Shown here piece after piece: positions 51,947 through 63,028 of a stretch of DNA of 64,000 nucleotides. Source of the stretch: Scyliorhinus canicula. Taxonomy: Eukaryota. Numbering within the stretch: position 1 is the stretch's first letter; the number at the start of each line of letters is the position of its first letter. A program made the position numbers and the translations under genes. The DNA is taken from contig NC_052161.1 in the NCBI RefSeq assembly GCF_902713615.1, positions 119,514,636 through 119,578,635 on the forward strand. The letters run 5' to 3'. The notes under the pieces were generated by a model that was not told the origin of the DNA, searched no databases, and was given only the letters and a program-made list of their open reading frames with translations.

Positions 51947-54900
51947 ACTACAGGCGGAACTGGGGGCACTATCCACGAGCAGGGCCGTGGAACAGCTTAG
52001 GAAGGCGAGGGGAGTGGTGTACGAGCATGGGGAAAAGGCTAGCAGACTGTTAGCGCAGCAACTCAGGAGGAGGGAGGCGGCCAGGGAAATAGGTAGAGTG
52101 AGGGACGAGGGGGGGCGCAAAGTGGAGGACCCGGCAGAATTGAATAGGGTATTCCGGGACTTCTATCGTAAGCTGTATACTTCGGAGCCGCCGGAAGAAC
52201 TGGAGGGGATGAAAAGGTTTCTGGACGGGTTAACATTCCCAACAGTTGGTGGGGGGCGAGTGGAAGAGCTGGGGGCCCCGATTAGAGTAGAGGAGGTATT
52301 GGGGGGCCTTAAGGCTATGCAGTCGGGGAAGTCCCCGGGGCCGGATGGATACCCAGTAGAGTTTTATAGGAAGTTCTCTGAGCTGGTGGGCCTGGTCTTG
52401 GCGAGGGTTTTCAATGAGGCAAGGGACAGAGGGACCCTGCCGCCAACAATGTCACAAGCCACCATATCTCTGATATTGAAGCGGGGTAAAGACCCGGAGT
52501 CGTGCGGGTCCTACAGGCCAATCTCCCTGATTAATGTAGACGCCAAGCTCCTGGCAAAGGTACTGGCGGGTAGAATGGAGGACTGTGTACCGGAGGTGAT
52601 TGGGGAGGATCAAACGGGGTTCGTGAAAGGTAGGCAGCTGGCAGCCAATCTGAGGAGATTGCTCAATGTGATAATGATGCCCCCGGCGGGTAGAGAGGTG
52701 GAGGTAGTGGTGGCAATGGACGCCGAGAAGGCCTTTGACCGGGTGGAGTGGGACTATCTATGGGAGGTGCTCGGACGGTTTGGGTTCGGGGAGGGATTGG
52801 TGGATTGGATCAAATTATTATATCAGGCCCCGAGGGCCAGTGTCAGGACCAACAGAGAAGTGTCGGAGTACTTTAGGTTGTACCGAGGGACCAGACAGGG
52901 CTGCCCGCTCTCCCCGCTGCTGTTTGCGCTGGCCATAGAGCCGCTGGCGATTGCGCTGAGAGCCGCAGAGGGTTGGAAGGGGATGGTGAGGGGCGGGGTT
53001 GAACACAGGGTTTCTCTTTATGCAGACGACCTGCTCCTGTACGTGTCGGACCCAGTGGCCGGGATGGGAACTATACTGGGAATGCTGAGGAAGTTCGGCC
53101 AGTTCTCAGGATACAAATTAAATACGGTCAAGAGTGAAATGTTTGTGGTCCAGGCAAGGGGCCAGGAGAACAGATTGAGAGGGCTACCGTTTAGGCTGGT
53201 TGAGGAAAATTTCCGGTATTTGGGAATCCAGGTGGCACGAGACTGGGGCAGGCTGCATAAGTTAAATTTGGCCAGGGTGGTGGAGCAAATGAAGGGAGTG
53301 TTTCGGAGATGGGATGCACTCCCGCTGTCGCTGGCAGGGAGGGTGTAGACTGTAAAGATGACAATCCTCCCTCGATTTTTGTTTATTTTTCAGTGCCTCC
53401 CGATCTTTATCCCACAGTCCTTCTTCAAAAGAGTTAACGGGCTGATCATGAGCTTTGTCTGGGCGGGAAAATCCCCGCGGGTGAAGAAGGCGATGTTGGA
53501 GAGGAACCGCAGCGAGGGAGGGCTGGCTTTGCCGAGTCTGGTCAATTATTACTGGGCGGTCAACATCGCTATGATAAGGAAGTGGATCTATTTGGGAGCT
53601 GGTGGAGGCGGCTTCGTGCAGGGGCTCCAGCTTGGAAGCCCTGGTCACGGCTCCTCTACCGCTGCCGCCGGCCAAGTACACCACCAGCCCGGTAGTGGTG
53701 GCGACCCTGCGGATATGGGGCCAGTGGAGGAGGCATGTGGGGGAGATGGGGGTGTCTGTCTGGGCGCCAATCTGCGACAACCATCGGTTTGCCCCCGGCA
53801 GTATGGATGGGGGGTTCAGAGTATGGCAGCGAGCCGGGACGGGAAGGGTGGGTGATATGTTCCTGGAAGGGAGCTTCGTGAGTTTGAGGAGCTTGGAGGA
53901 GAAATTTGGGTTGGTAAGGGGAAATGATTTTAGATACCTACAGTTGCGGGACTTTGTTCGTAGACAGGTCCCATCTTTCCCGCGCCTCCTGCCAATGGGG
54001 ATCATCGACAGGATAGTCTCTAGGAGGGAAGAAGGGGAGGGCAGAGGTCTCGGGTATATATAAGGTGCTCATGAGGGAGGAAGGGTCCCAGACAGAGGGA
54101 CTGAAACTTAAATGGGAGGAGGAGCTAGGCGGGGAAATGGAGGATGGGCTGTGGGCAGAGGCCCTGAGTAGGGTAAATTCGACCGCGACATGTGCTAGGC
54201 TCGGGCTGATCCAATTTAAGGTCGTTCACCAGGCCCATATGACGGTGGCTCGGATGAGCAAATTTTTCGGGATAGAGGACAAATGCGCTAGGTGTGCGGG
54301 AGGACCAGCGAACCATGTTCACATGTTTTGGGCATGCCCTAAGCTGAGGGGGTACTGGGAGGGATTTGCGGGGGTCATGTCCCAGGTGCTAAAAACAAGG
54401 GTGGTGATGAGTCCAGGGGTGGCAATTTTTGGGGTTTCGGAAGACCTGGGCGTCCAGGGGGAGAAAGAGGCCGATGTGTTGGCCTTTGCTTCCCTGATAG
54501 CCCGGCGACGAATATTATTGGCGTGGAGGGACTCAAAGCCCCTGAAGACTGAGTGGTGGCTTGCGGACATGTCGAGTTTCCTGAGGATGGAAAAAATTAA
54601 GTTCGCCTTGAGGGGATCTGTGCAGGGATTCACCCGGAGGTGGCAACCATTTATTGACTTCTTTGCGGGAGAGTGAGCGTCAGCAGGGGGGTGGGGGGGG
54701 GGGGGGGGGGGGGGGGGGGGTGGGGGGGGGGGGTAGAGTAGAGTAGGAGGGAAAATATGGCGGGTAGTACCGGTGGGAGGGGAGCGGGCTTGTGCAATAT
54801 GTTACGATGGAAGTATTGAAAGTACGTGGATGTTTGCACATTTTTGCCTTTTTTGCTTTCTTTCTGATGATGTCTGTAACTGTTTTTAAAGCCAAAAACT

Positions 54901-55175
54901 ACCTCAATAAAATTGTTTATTAAAAAAAAAGAGAGTGGTGAACCTGTGGAATTCTTTACCACAGAAGGCTGTGAAGGCCAAGTCACTGAATATATTTAAG
55001 AAGAAAATAGATAGTTTTGTAGGCTCTAAAGGTATCAAGAGGCATAGGGAGAGCGTAGGAGTATGGCGTTGAGATACAGGATCTTACTGAATGGCGGAAT
55101 AGCCTTGAATGGCCAAATGACATACCCCTACTCCTATTTTCTATGTTACTGCTTAAAGTCACCATAGTCCCAGAT

Positions 55176-55540
55176 AGAAGTCTTACAACACCAGGTTAAA
55201 GTCCAACAGGTTTGTTTCAAACACGAGCTTTCGGAGCGCTGCTCCTTCCTCAGGTGAATGGAGAGGTATGTTCCAGAAACATTTATATAGACAAAGTCAG
55301 AGATGCCAGACAATGCTTGGAATGCGAGCATTTGCGGGTAATCAATTCATTACAGATCCAGAGATAGGGGTAACCCCAGGTTAAAGAGGTGTGAATTGTC
55401 TCAAGCCAGGACAGTTGGTAGGATTTTGCAAGTCCAGGCCAGATGGTGGGGGATGAATGTAATGCAACATGAATCCAAGATCCCGGTTGAGGCCGCACGC
55501 ATGTCCAGGCTTGAGACAATTCACACCTCTTTAACCTGTG
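55176..55540 (-). mobile_element. Penelope-like terminal (pLTR) fragment with an inverted segment and a hammerhead core
   Basis: AGAAGTCTTACAACACCAGGTTAAAGTCCAACAGG terminus shared with the copy at 30499; ~37-bp inverted repeat (55377-55413 vs 55502-55538). Confidence 0.7.
55222..55256 (-). ncRNA. Minimal type-I hammerhead ribozyme motif
   Basis: Minus strand reads CAC-CUGAGGA-A-GGAGC(AGC)GCUCC-GAA-AGCU-C|GUG: CUGANGA and GAAA boxes, 5-bp stem II, palindromic AGCU stem III, UH site. Confidence 0.7.
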
Positions 55541-55554
55541 ATTATCCCTCTGGG

Positions 55555-57045
55555 GACCTGGTTTGAATCCTACCACGGCAGGTGGTGGAATTTAAACTCA
55601 ATAACTCGGGAATTAAAAGTCAGGGATTGGTGTACAGGGATACCCAGATCCCAGATGATAGACATGAAACAATTGTCATAAAAACTCATCTGGTTCACTA
55701 ATTCCTTTAGGGAAGGAAATCTACATGTGACTCCAGACCCACAGCAATGAGGTTGACTCCTAAATGCCCTCTGAAGTGGCCGGGCTCGCCACTCAGTTAT
55801 ATTCAACTGCAACAATAAGCACGGAAAAAAATGAGACTGGACGGGCCACCCAGCATTGACCCAGGCACCGGAAGTGACAATGGCAAACCCAGCCCTGTCG
55901 ACCCGCAAAGTCCTCCGTACTAACATATGGGGGCTTATGCCAAAGTTCGGAGAGCTGCCTCACAGATTAGTCAAGCAGCAGCCTGACATAGTCATACTCA
56001 CAGAATCTTACCTTGGAGACAATGTCCTAGACAACACTATCACCATTCCTGGGTATATATATCCTGTCTCACCGAAAACCTGGGTTCGATTCCCGGCTTG
56101 GGTCACTGTCTGTGTGGAGTCTGCATGTTCCCCCAGTGTCTGCGTGGGTTTCTTCCGGGTGCCCGGTTTCCTCCCACAAGTCCCGAAAGATGTGCTTGTT
56201 AGGTGAAGTGGACATTCTGAATTTTCACTCTGTGTACCCGAACAGGCGACTGTGGCGACTAGGGTTTTTCACAGTAACTTTATTGTTAATGTAAGCCTAC
56301 TTGTGACACTAATAAAAGATAATAAACAAGAGAGGATCTAACCATTGCCCCATGACATTCAATGATATTACTATCGCTGAAAACCCCCACTATCGACATC
56401 CTGGGTGTTACCATTGATCAGAAGATGAAATCTAGAGCAGACCAAAGGCTAGGAACCCGACAGCGAGTAACGCACCTCATTCCTGACGACCCCGCCCCCC
56501 TCAAAGCCTGTCCACCATCTACAAGGCACAAGTCAGGAGTGTAATGGAATACTCTCCATTTGTCTGGATGAGTGCAGCTCCAACAACTTGAGAATGTTGA
56601 CACCATCAAGGACAAAGTAGCACGCTTGATTACTACCCCTCCACAAACATTCAAACCCTCTACCACCGGTGAACAGCGGCAGCCATGAGCATTATCTATA
56701 AGATGCACTGCAGTAAATCACCAAGGCTCCTTGGGCAGCACCTTCCAAATCCATGACCACTACCATCAAGAAAGACAAGAACAGTAGATACCTGGGAACC
56801 CCACCACCTGAACAATCCCCTCCAAGTCACACACACCACCCCGACAGAAATATATTGTAGTTCCTTCACTGTTGCTGAGTCAAAATCATGCAACTCCCTC
56901 CCTAATAGCCTATGGGTGTACTTAGAAGTCAAGACTCCAGCGGTTCAAGAAAGCAGCTAACCAACACCATCTGAAGGTCAACTAGGGATGGGCAACAAAT
57001 GCTGGCCTGACCAGTGACACCCACATCCTGGAAATGAATGTTCTA
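55555..57045 (+). mobile_element. CR1/L2-group LINE remnant (endonuclease start joined to 3' end), with a SINE at ~56065-56320
   Basis: TNIWGL..KFGEL..RLVKQQPDIVILTESYL (endonuclease), ILGVTIDQK, and a 3' tail ...AGGGATGGGCAACAAATGCTGGCC. Confidence 0.7.
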
Positions 57046-57304
57046 AAAATTCTATACAGCGCCATTATTAGGTTGAGAGATACATGATATATAAATGGTG
57101 AAAGGCTATTTAATGAAGAGGTTATCTTCACTCAGGTGTATATGATAGCTGACAACTTTTATCTCCATTATCACCATGAGAAATGGCTCACTTCATCTCA
57201 TTCTCTCCACATATTTCTCGTTAGTTTTGCACGCTATTAAACAGCCTTTGCCCACACACTGAACAAAGTTGATTAGGATGAGAGGATTATTTGAAGCCAC
57301 TCAC

Positions 57305-57423
57305 TTTACCAGCCCCTTCCATCCGTTTAAATAGTGCTCTTGCAGGATCTCCCCGTCGTCAGTCAGACATTTCCTGAATGACTCCAAAGCCTCAGACAGG
57401 CTGAATCTCCCCGGGACGGCCAT
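57305..57423 (-). CDS. CPTP: Ceramide-1-phosphate transfer protein (GLTP family), first coding exon
   Basis: ATG at 57423-57421 reads MAVPGRFSLSEALESFRKCLTDDGEILQEHYLNGWKGLV, matching the CPTP N-terminus (F..CL....E......Y...WKGLV). Ends AA|GTGAGT, a phase-2 donor compatible with the next exon. Confidence 0.93.
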
Positions 57424-57621
57424 TTCCAAACCGGAAACAGCCCCCTGGCTGGGGCAGGGGAGGAGCGCGCTGGCGTTCATTGACCAATCACAGGACGGGT
57501 CCCCTTACCGGAAGCTCCACCTTCCGGCAGTGGAGCGTCCCATTGGTTGCTGCCTCTGTCTGTCAGGACAGGCGGGATCGTTTCCTGGTAACGCTTGGCC
57601 TACTCGGGCCCTGGCAGTGAG
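57424..57621. promoter_or_regulatory. Bidirectional CpG-rich promoter shared by CPTP and INTS11, probably including a non-coding INTS11 first exon (donor GAG|GTAGGC at 57621/57622)
   Basis: CCAAT (57484) and ATTGG (57542) boxes; ETS/GABP-type CCGGAA/TTCCGG at ~57431, 57508, 57522; local CpG enrichment; head-to-head arrangement as in human. Candidate acceptor ttggtgcag at 61039, just upstream of the INTS11 ATG. Confidence 0.75.
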
Positions 57622-57679
57622 GTAGGCCTGAAGCTGGTGTCGGGTTTAGTGACTACGGTGTGTACGAGCGTGCGGGGAT

Positions 57680-57736
57680 GAGAGGAGAGGAGAGGAGAGG
57701 AGAGGAGAGGAAAGGAAAGGAAAAGAAAAGAAAAGA
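57680..57736 (+). repeat. Polypurine (GAGAG)n/(GAAAA)n microsatellite next to the bidirectional promoter
   Basis: Read directly from the sequence. Confidence 0.9.
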
Positions 57737-57884
57737 ATAGGCGAGAGGCCACCGCAGCAAGAAAGAGACAATAATCCGAGTTTTTAAACTGCATTGCCTA
57801 AAATGATAGCCTGAAGATTGCGGTGTTATATTAATGCCAATGAATGAGGAGGCCTCAGTTGGCTTTCTCCTCTGTCCACTTTAA

Positions 57885-58815
57885 CCATAAGACATAGGAG
57901 CAGAATTAGGCCACTCGAGTCTGCTCTGCCGTTCAATCATGGCTGATATTTTCTCATCCCCCTTCTCCCCATAACCCTGATCCCCTTATTAATCATGAAC
58001 CTATCTATCTATGTCTTAAAGGCACTCAGAGAATTGGCCACCACAGCCTTCTGAGGCAAAGAATTCCACAGATTCACCACCCTCTGGCTGAAGAAATTCC
58101 TCATCTCTGTTTTAAATTATCATCCCTTTAGTCTGAGATGGTGTCCTCTGGTTCTAGTTTTTCCTACAAACATTCTCTCCACGTCCACTCTATCCAGGCC
58201 TCGCAGTATCTTGTACGTTTCAATAAGATCCCCTCTCATCCTTCTAAACTCCCAACGAGTACAGAACCAGAGTCCTCAAACGTTCCTCATACGACAAGTT
58301 CCTCATTCCAGGGATCATTCTTGGGAACCTCCTCTGGACCCTTTTCAAGGCCAGCACATCCATCCTTAGATATGGGGCCCAAAACTGCTCACAATACTCC
58401 AAATGGGGTCTGACCAGAGCCTTACACAGTCTCAGAAGTATATCCCTGGTCTTGTATTCTAGCCCTTTTGCCATGAATGCTAACATTGCATTTGCCTTCT
58501 TAACTGCCGACTGAACCTGCACATTAACCTGAAGAGAATCGTAAACAAGGACTCCCAAATCCCTTTGTGCTTCTGCTTTCTAAAGCATTTCCCCATTTAG
58601 AAAATAGTCTATGCCTAAATTCCTCCTTCCAAGTGCATAACCTCACACTTTTCCACATTGTATTTAATTTGCCACTTCATTGCCCACTCTCCTAGCTTGT
58701 CCAAGTCCTTCTGCAGCCCCCTTGCTTCCTCAATACTACTTGTCCCTCTACAGATCTTTGTATCATCTGCAAACTTAGCAATAGTGCCTTCAGTACCTTC
58801 TTCCAGACCATTAAT
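57885..58815 (-). mobile_element. CR1-clade LINE 3' fragment
   Basis: IAKFADDTKI, LQKDLDKLGEWAMKWQIKYNVEKCEVMH, ALVRPHLEYCEQFWAPY. Confidence 0.9.
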
Positions 58816-61055
58816 GTATGGATCTTTACTGCACCTGCAAACCACACCAATCTATTTGATTCAAGTTGGCACTTTAATCCTTAAAAGCTCTCCCTTTTTA
58901 ATGGGACTCATGGCTTTGAGTTAAAATCATTGGATAAGTGCAGAAAACAGTTTTTGAATGATGTGCAGATTGCCTATGAATGAGGGTTGGGGCCGTCATA
59001 GTGAAGCAGTTGTTTTTTTTTTATCACAATAGCCTGACAGCTTCATGAACACTTTTACTGGTACTAACCAACATCAGCTTTTTATTTTTTGGTATCCTTT
59101 CTATCAAATTGAAATTCCCAAATTCCAAATGTGGGGTTTGAATCCAAACTCTCTGGATTATTATTCCAGGTCTCTGGATTTTTTTGGTGTCGTCAAGTAA
59201 CCACTATGTTACTGCACCCATTGATTTTACAAAGATCTTTATCGATGAGAATGAGTGCAGGTAGAAAAGCCCATAAAAAAACGGGAGTGTTTCAAGGTTT
59301 TATACATTGGATATCAAAGTAAGGAAGCTAATTTTGTTCAAAACTTTGCACTGTAATAACATTGAAGCTCCACTAGAATGATAGGCAACATGTTTAGTTC
59401 ATAGAGCACGGTTGGCATTGAAAAATTTCCCAAGTTGCTTCATAGAATCATAGAATCCCTACAGTGCAGAGGAAGGCCATTTAGCCCATTGACTCTATAC
59501 TGACCCCCTGAAAGAGCACCCTAACTAGGCCCATTCCCCCACCCTATCCCTGTAACCTCGTAAACCCACCTAACCTTTGGACACTATGGGCAATTTAGCA
59601 TGAGCAATCCACCTAACCCGCATATCTTTGGACTGTGGGAGAAAACAGAGCACCCGGAAGAAACCCACTCAGACACGGAGAACGTACAAATTCTACACAC
59701 AGTCATCTGAGGCCGGAATTGAACCTCAGTCCCAGTGCTAACCACTGTGCCACCGGAGATGTAATCAGACAAAAATGCCAGAAGTAAAAAGCTGTAGTTA
59801 TGGCAATCGGCTCAAAAATTGGATCTTTCTTCATGGAGCAAATAAAGTTAATTAGAGATTTAATCGAGGTTTTCAAGACCCTTGGAGATTTTAACGGGTA
59901 AACGGTGGAAAAGAGTCTCCAGTGGTTGGCATAGTGGCAGAAGATTGAGGATTATACTGAAAGAATGACAGGACAAGTTAGCAGAACCTTTTTTACACAC
60001 AGGCATTGACTTGAGGTTGAGACTATCATGGTTTAAAAATGAAAAATATGAGATGGACATTTGTAAAAAGAAATATGGAGACGGAATCTGATTAGAATAG
60101 ATTACTTCAGGACGGCCTGGTGGTGCAGTGGCTAGCGCTGCTGCGTCATGGTGCTGATGACCCGTGTTCAATCTCAGCCCTGGGTCACCGTCAGTCTGGA
60201 GTTTGCACATTCTCCCCGTGTCTGCGTGGGTTTCACCCCCACAGCCCAAAGATGTGCAGGTTAGGTGGATTGGCCACGCTAAATTGCCCCTTAATTGGAA
60301 ATAAATAATTGGGTGATCTAAATTTATTTTAAAAAAGAATAAATTGCTTCAGTTAAAATGGCGACAGCATAAACTCCAAAGTTTTATGATTTCACCTTGT
60401 TTAGTCTTGAAAGAGTGATTGAGAAAGTTATAATCCTTTTCACACATAGTGGCTACTGAGGTTGAACCTGTAACTGTTTTAATAAAAGGATTTTTTTTTT
60501 CTTTTTGCTTTATAAATTTAGAGTACCCAATTATTTTTTTCCAATTAAGGGGCAATTTAGCATGGCCAATCCACCTCCCTGCCCATCTTTTGGATTGTGG
60601 GGGTGAGACCCATGCAGACACTGGGAGAATGTGCAAACTCCACACGGACAGTGACCCGGGATCGAACCCGGGTCCTCGGTGCCATGAGGCAGCAGCGCCG
60701 CCGTGTCGCCCTTAATCAAATAAATTGAATAAGTATTTGCGAAAGACATTTTGTAAAAGGTTGTTGAGATATAGTTGTTGAAAAAATGATTCTAAGGTTA
60801 TCACAGATACTTGGAGGTGCTATTATTTTTCCTCCAGACTTCAAGGCACACTGATATACTCCTTTTCCCTCTCCATCTGATACACAGACATCCTCCTCTC
60901 CCCTCCCCTTCCTATGTGTACATAGAAGACAGCAAACAGCTGAACCAAGTGGTCTCTCATGATGTGTTTTAAACTTAGCAGATCTGCTTTGCTGAATTTA
61001 AGATGAGTGACTGATTTCATCGGTGCGATCTTGGTGCAGAGACATCTGGTTTCAA

Positions 61056-61083
61056 ATGCCGGAAATAAAAGTCACACCTTTGG
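61056..61083 (+). CDS. INTS11: Integrator complex subunit 11 (CPSF3L), first coding exon
   Basis: ATG CCG GAA ATA AAA GTC ACA CCT TTG G|gtaaga encodes MPEIKVTPL-G, the conserved INTS11 N-terminus, with a phase-1 donor. Confidence 0.93.
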
Positions 61084-61168
61084 GTAAGAAGGCAGACATT
61101 GAGCCAATTTAATAGATGCAATCCTTTGCATGATGAATTTACAAAATGACGAGTCCTTGCTTTTCCAG

Positions 61169-61266
61169 GGGCTGGCCAAGATGTGGGTCGCAGCTGTATC
61201 CTGGTCTCAATTGGTGGGAAAAACGTGATGCTGGATTGTGGAATGCACATGGGATATAATGATGAT
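61169..61266 (+). CDS. INTS11: Integrator complex subunit 11, second coding exon (metallo-beta-lactamase motif 1); gene continues beyond the window
   Basis: ttttccag|GG GCT GGC CAA... reads (G)[32 protein letters not shown]|gtaagt, after an 85-nt intron. Confidence 0.96.
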
Positions 61267-61526
61267 GTAAGTACATGAAATTATTGAACAGTGGAAAATT
61301 TGAAAAAGCACCGGCTGAAGAATGATTAAATAATGGAATTTCACAACCTGGATTCATACAGCTTATTTGTCAGTTTTTGTGTCTTCATGCTTCCTCTAAA
61401 GACATGGGCCCAGTAATTCTTGGGCCGCTGCTCCACCAGAAGAGGTGTTGCAGGGCTCCCAGCCTCCTCCAGCTTGAGGCATCCCATATCATTAGAGACA
61501 GAGCATCTCCATAACTAGGGACAGTT

Positions 61527-61760
61527 GTTTTTGTTTTTTTTTAATAAATTTAGATTACCCAATTATTTTTTCCAATTAAGGGGCAATTTAGTGTGGCCAA
61601 TCCACCTACTCTGCACATTTTTGGGTTGTGGGGGCGAAACCCACACAGACACGGGGAGAATGTGCAAACTCCACACGGACAGTGACCCAGAGCCGGGATC
61701 GAACCTGGGACCTCAGCGCCGTGAGGCGGTTGTGCTAACCACTAGGCCACCGTGCTGCCC
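61527..61760 (-). mobile_element. V-SINE, short poly-A-tailed subfamily, in an INTS11 intron
   Basis: Nearly identical to the copy at 205-430; 15-bp TSD TAACTAGGGACAGTT. Confidence 0.9.
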
Positions 61761-62729
61761 TAACTAGGGACAGTTAACCAGCATCCAACCTGCTGTGCTG
61801 ACAGTGATTAACACTGCGGCCGAGAAAAGACCCTTAGTGTCAGTTCACTGGCCTTTATGTTCTGATAGGCTTAGGTAGAGTGTCAGAACACAAAAGTTAG
61901 GAACAGGAGTATGAAACCTCAAAAGCTCCTCCCCCCCCCCCCCCCCCCCCCCCCCCCGTATCCCTCCATTCCCATCATGCCCAAACTTCTATAGTAATTT
62001 CCAAACTCCCCACAAGTACAACCTCTCTGTCTTTGTATGTAAGGGGTGCGGATGATGTTGTTGCCCCCTTGTCTTTGAACATGGGATGAAATCAGGCAGA
62101 TTTGGGTTCTTGCACAACTGTCTTCCAGCTCAGATCAGCAATCTTAGCTTAGACAGACGATCAAACCTGGGGCCACCCTAGTGTATGTGTGTCAGCTATT
62201 TGTGGAATATATAGGTCAGGGAAACTACCAAGCTTGATTATTTGTGAATAGCTTCTATTTCTAAGGTGGAATAAGATTTTTTTGTTCAACTTCAACTCCA
62301 CACATTGTGACCGTCTGAACCGGTCTCTTGAATATGTATAGTTTATGTGACATGCAAGTTCAATCCCTGATCCCAGGTTCGATTCCCGACTTGGGTCACT
62401 GTCTGTGTGGAGTCTGCACGTTCTCCCTGTGTCTCCCTGAAATTTCTATAAAACTATCGGTGGAATTAAAGATGGCAGAGAAATAATAAGTATATGCAGC
62501 AGTGGTTCGTGCTGTAACTGCAAATGAAAAGTGCAGACTTCAGGATTAGCATTTAAATTGAACCCATTGCTTACAGATTGTACTTGCCATGTTGTAAATG
62601 AACTGAGAGTCATGACTACATCACGAGCAGAATCAGAAATTTCAGTACAAGAACTGCTTGCTACAATAATTTTTTATTTTTCCCTTTCCACAGCTGGGGA
62701 CAATAGTTAGGGAACATTTTAATATTAAT

Positions 62730-63028
62730 AATCTTTATTGTCACAAGTAGGCATTACATTAACACTGCAATGTAGTTATTGTGAAAAGCCCCTAGACGCC
62801 ACATTCCAGCACCTGTTTGGGTATACAGAGGGCGAATTCAGATTGTCCATATTACCGAACAGCACATCTTTCGGGACTTGTGGGAGGAAACCGGAGCACC
62901 CGGAGGAAACCCACGCAGACACAGGGAGAACGTGCAGACTCCACACAGACAGTGACCCAAGCCGGGAATCGAACCTAGGATCCTGGTACTGTGAAGTACA
63001 GTGCTAACCACTATGCTTCCGTGCTGCT
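62730..63028 (-). mobile_element. V-SINE with a third tail type (...GGCTTTTCACAGTAACT...CTACTTGTGACAATAAAG-(ATT)n)
   Basis: V-domain body joined at CACAAGTCCCGAAAGATGTGCT to a different tail; also at 56065-56320 and 10098-10255. Confidence 0.82.

Larger units (their letters stand above)
48417..54928 (+). mobile_element. Full-length L1-clade LINE, antisense in the CPTP intron; ORF2 disrupted
   Basis: ORF1 open (ATG 48900 to 49694). ORF2 from ATG 50208 to 54676 has endonuclease, RT (YADD) and a C-terminal CxxC..H..FWAC knuckle, broken by frameshifts, a stop at 53346 and a SINE dimer. AATAAA plus poly-A; perfect 16-bp TSD AAGAGAGTGGTGAACC (48401, 54929). Confidence 0.96.
47095..55147 (+). mobile_element. 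CR1-clade (HER1-like) LINE 3' fragment split by two L1 insertions (pieces ~47095-47158, 47912-48416, 54929-55147)
   Basis: HFGRKNRMAEYYLNG, QRDLGV.VH.SLK and LVR..LEYCVQF motifs and a CR1-type 3' tail continue across the L1 TSDs. Confidence 0.85.

Noticed and set aside
50208-54676. Functional L1 ORF2 / active element
   Set aside because: Several frameshifts, a stop at 53346 and a SINE dimer insertion.
59775-59800. ATG CCA GAA GTA AAA (MPEVK) as the INTS11 start
   Set aside because: No VTPLG and no donor; the true exon is at 61056-61083.
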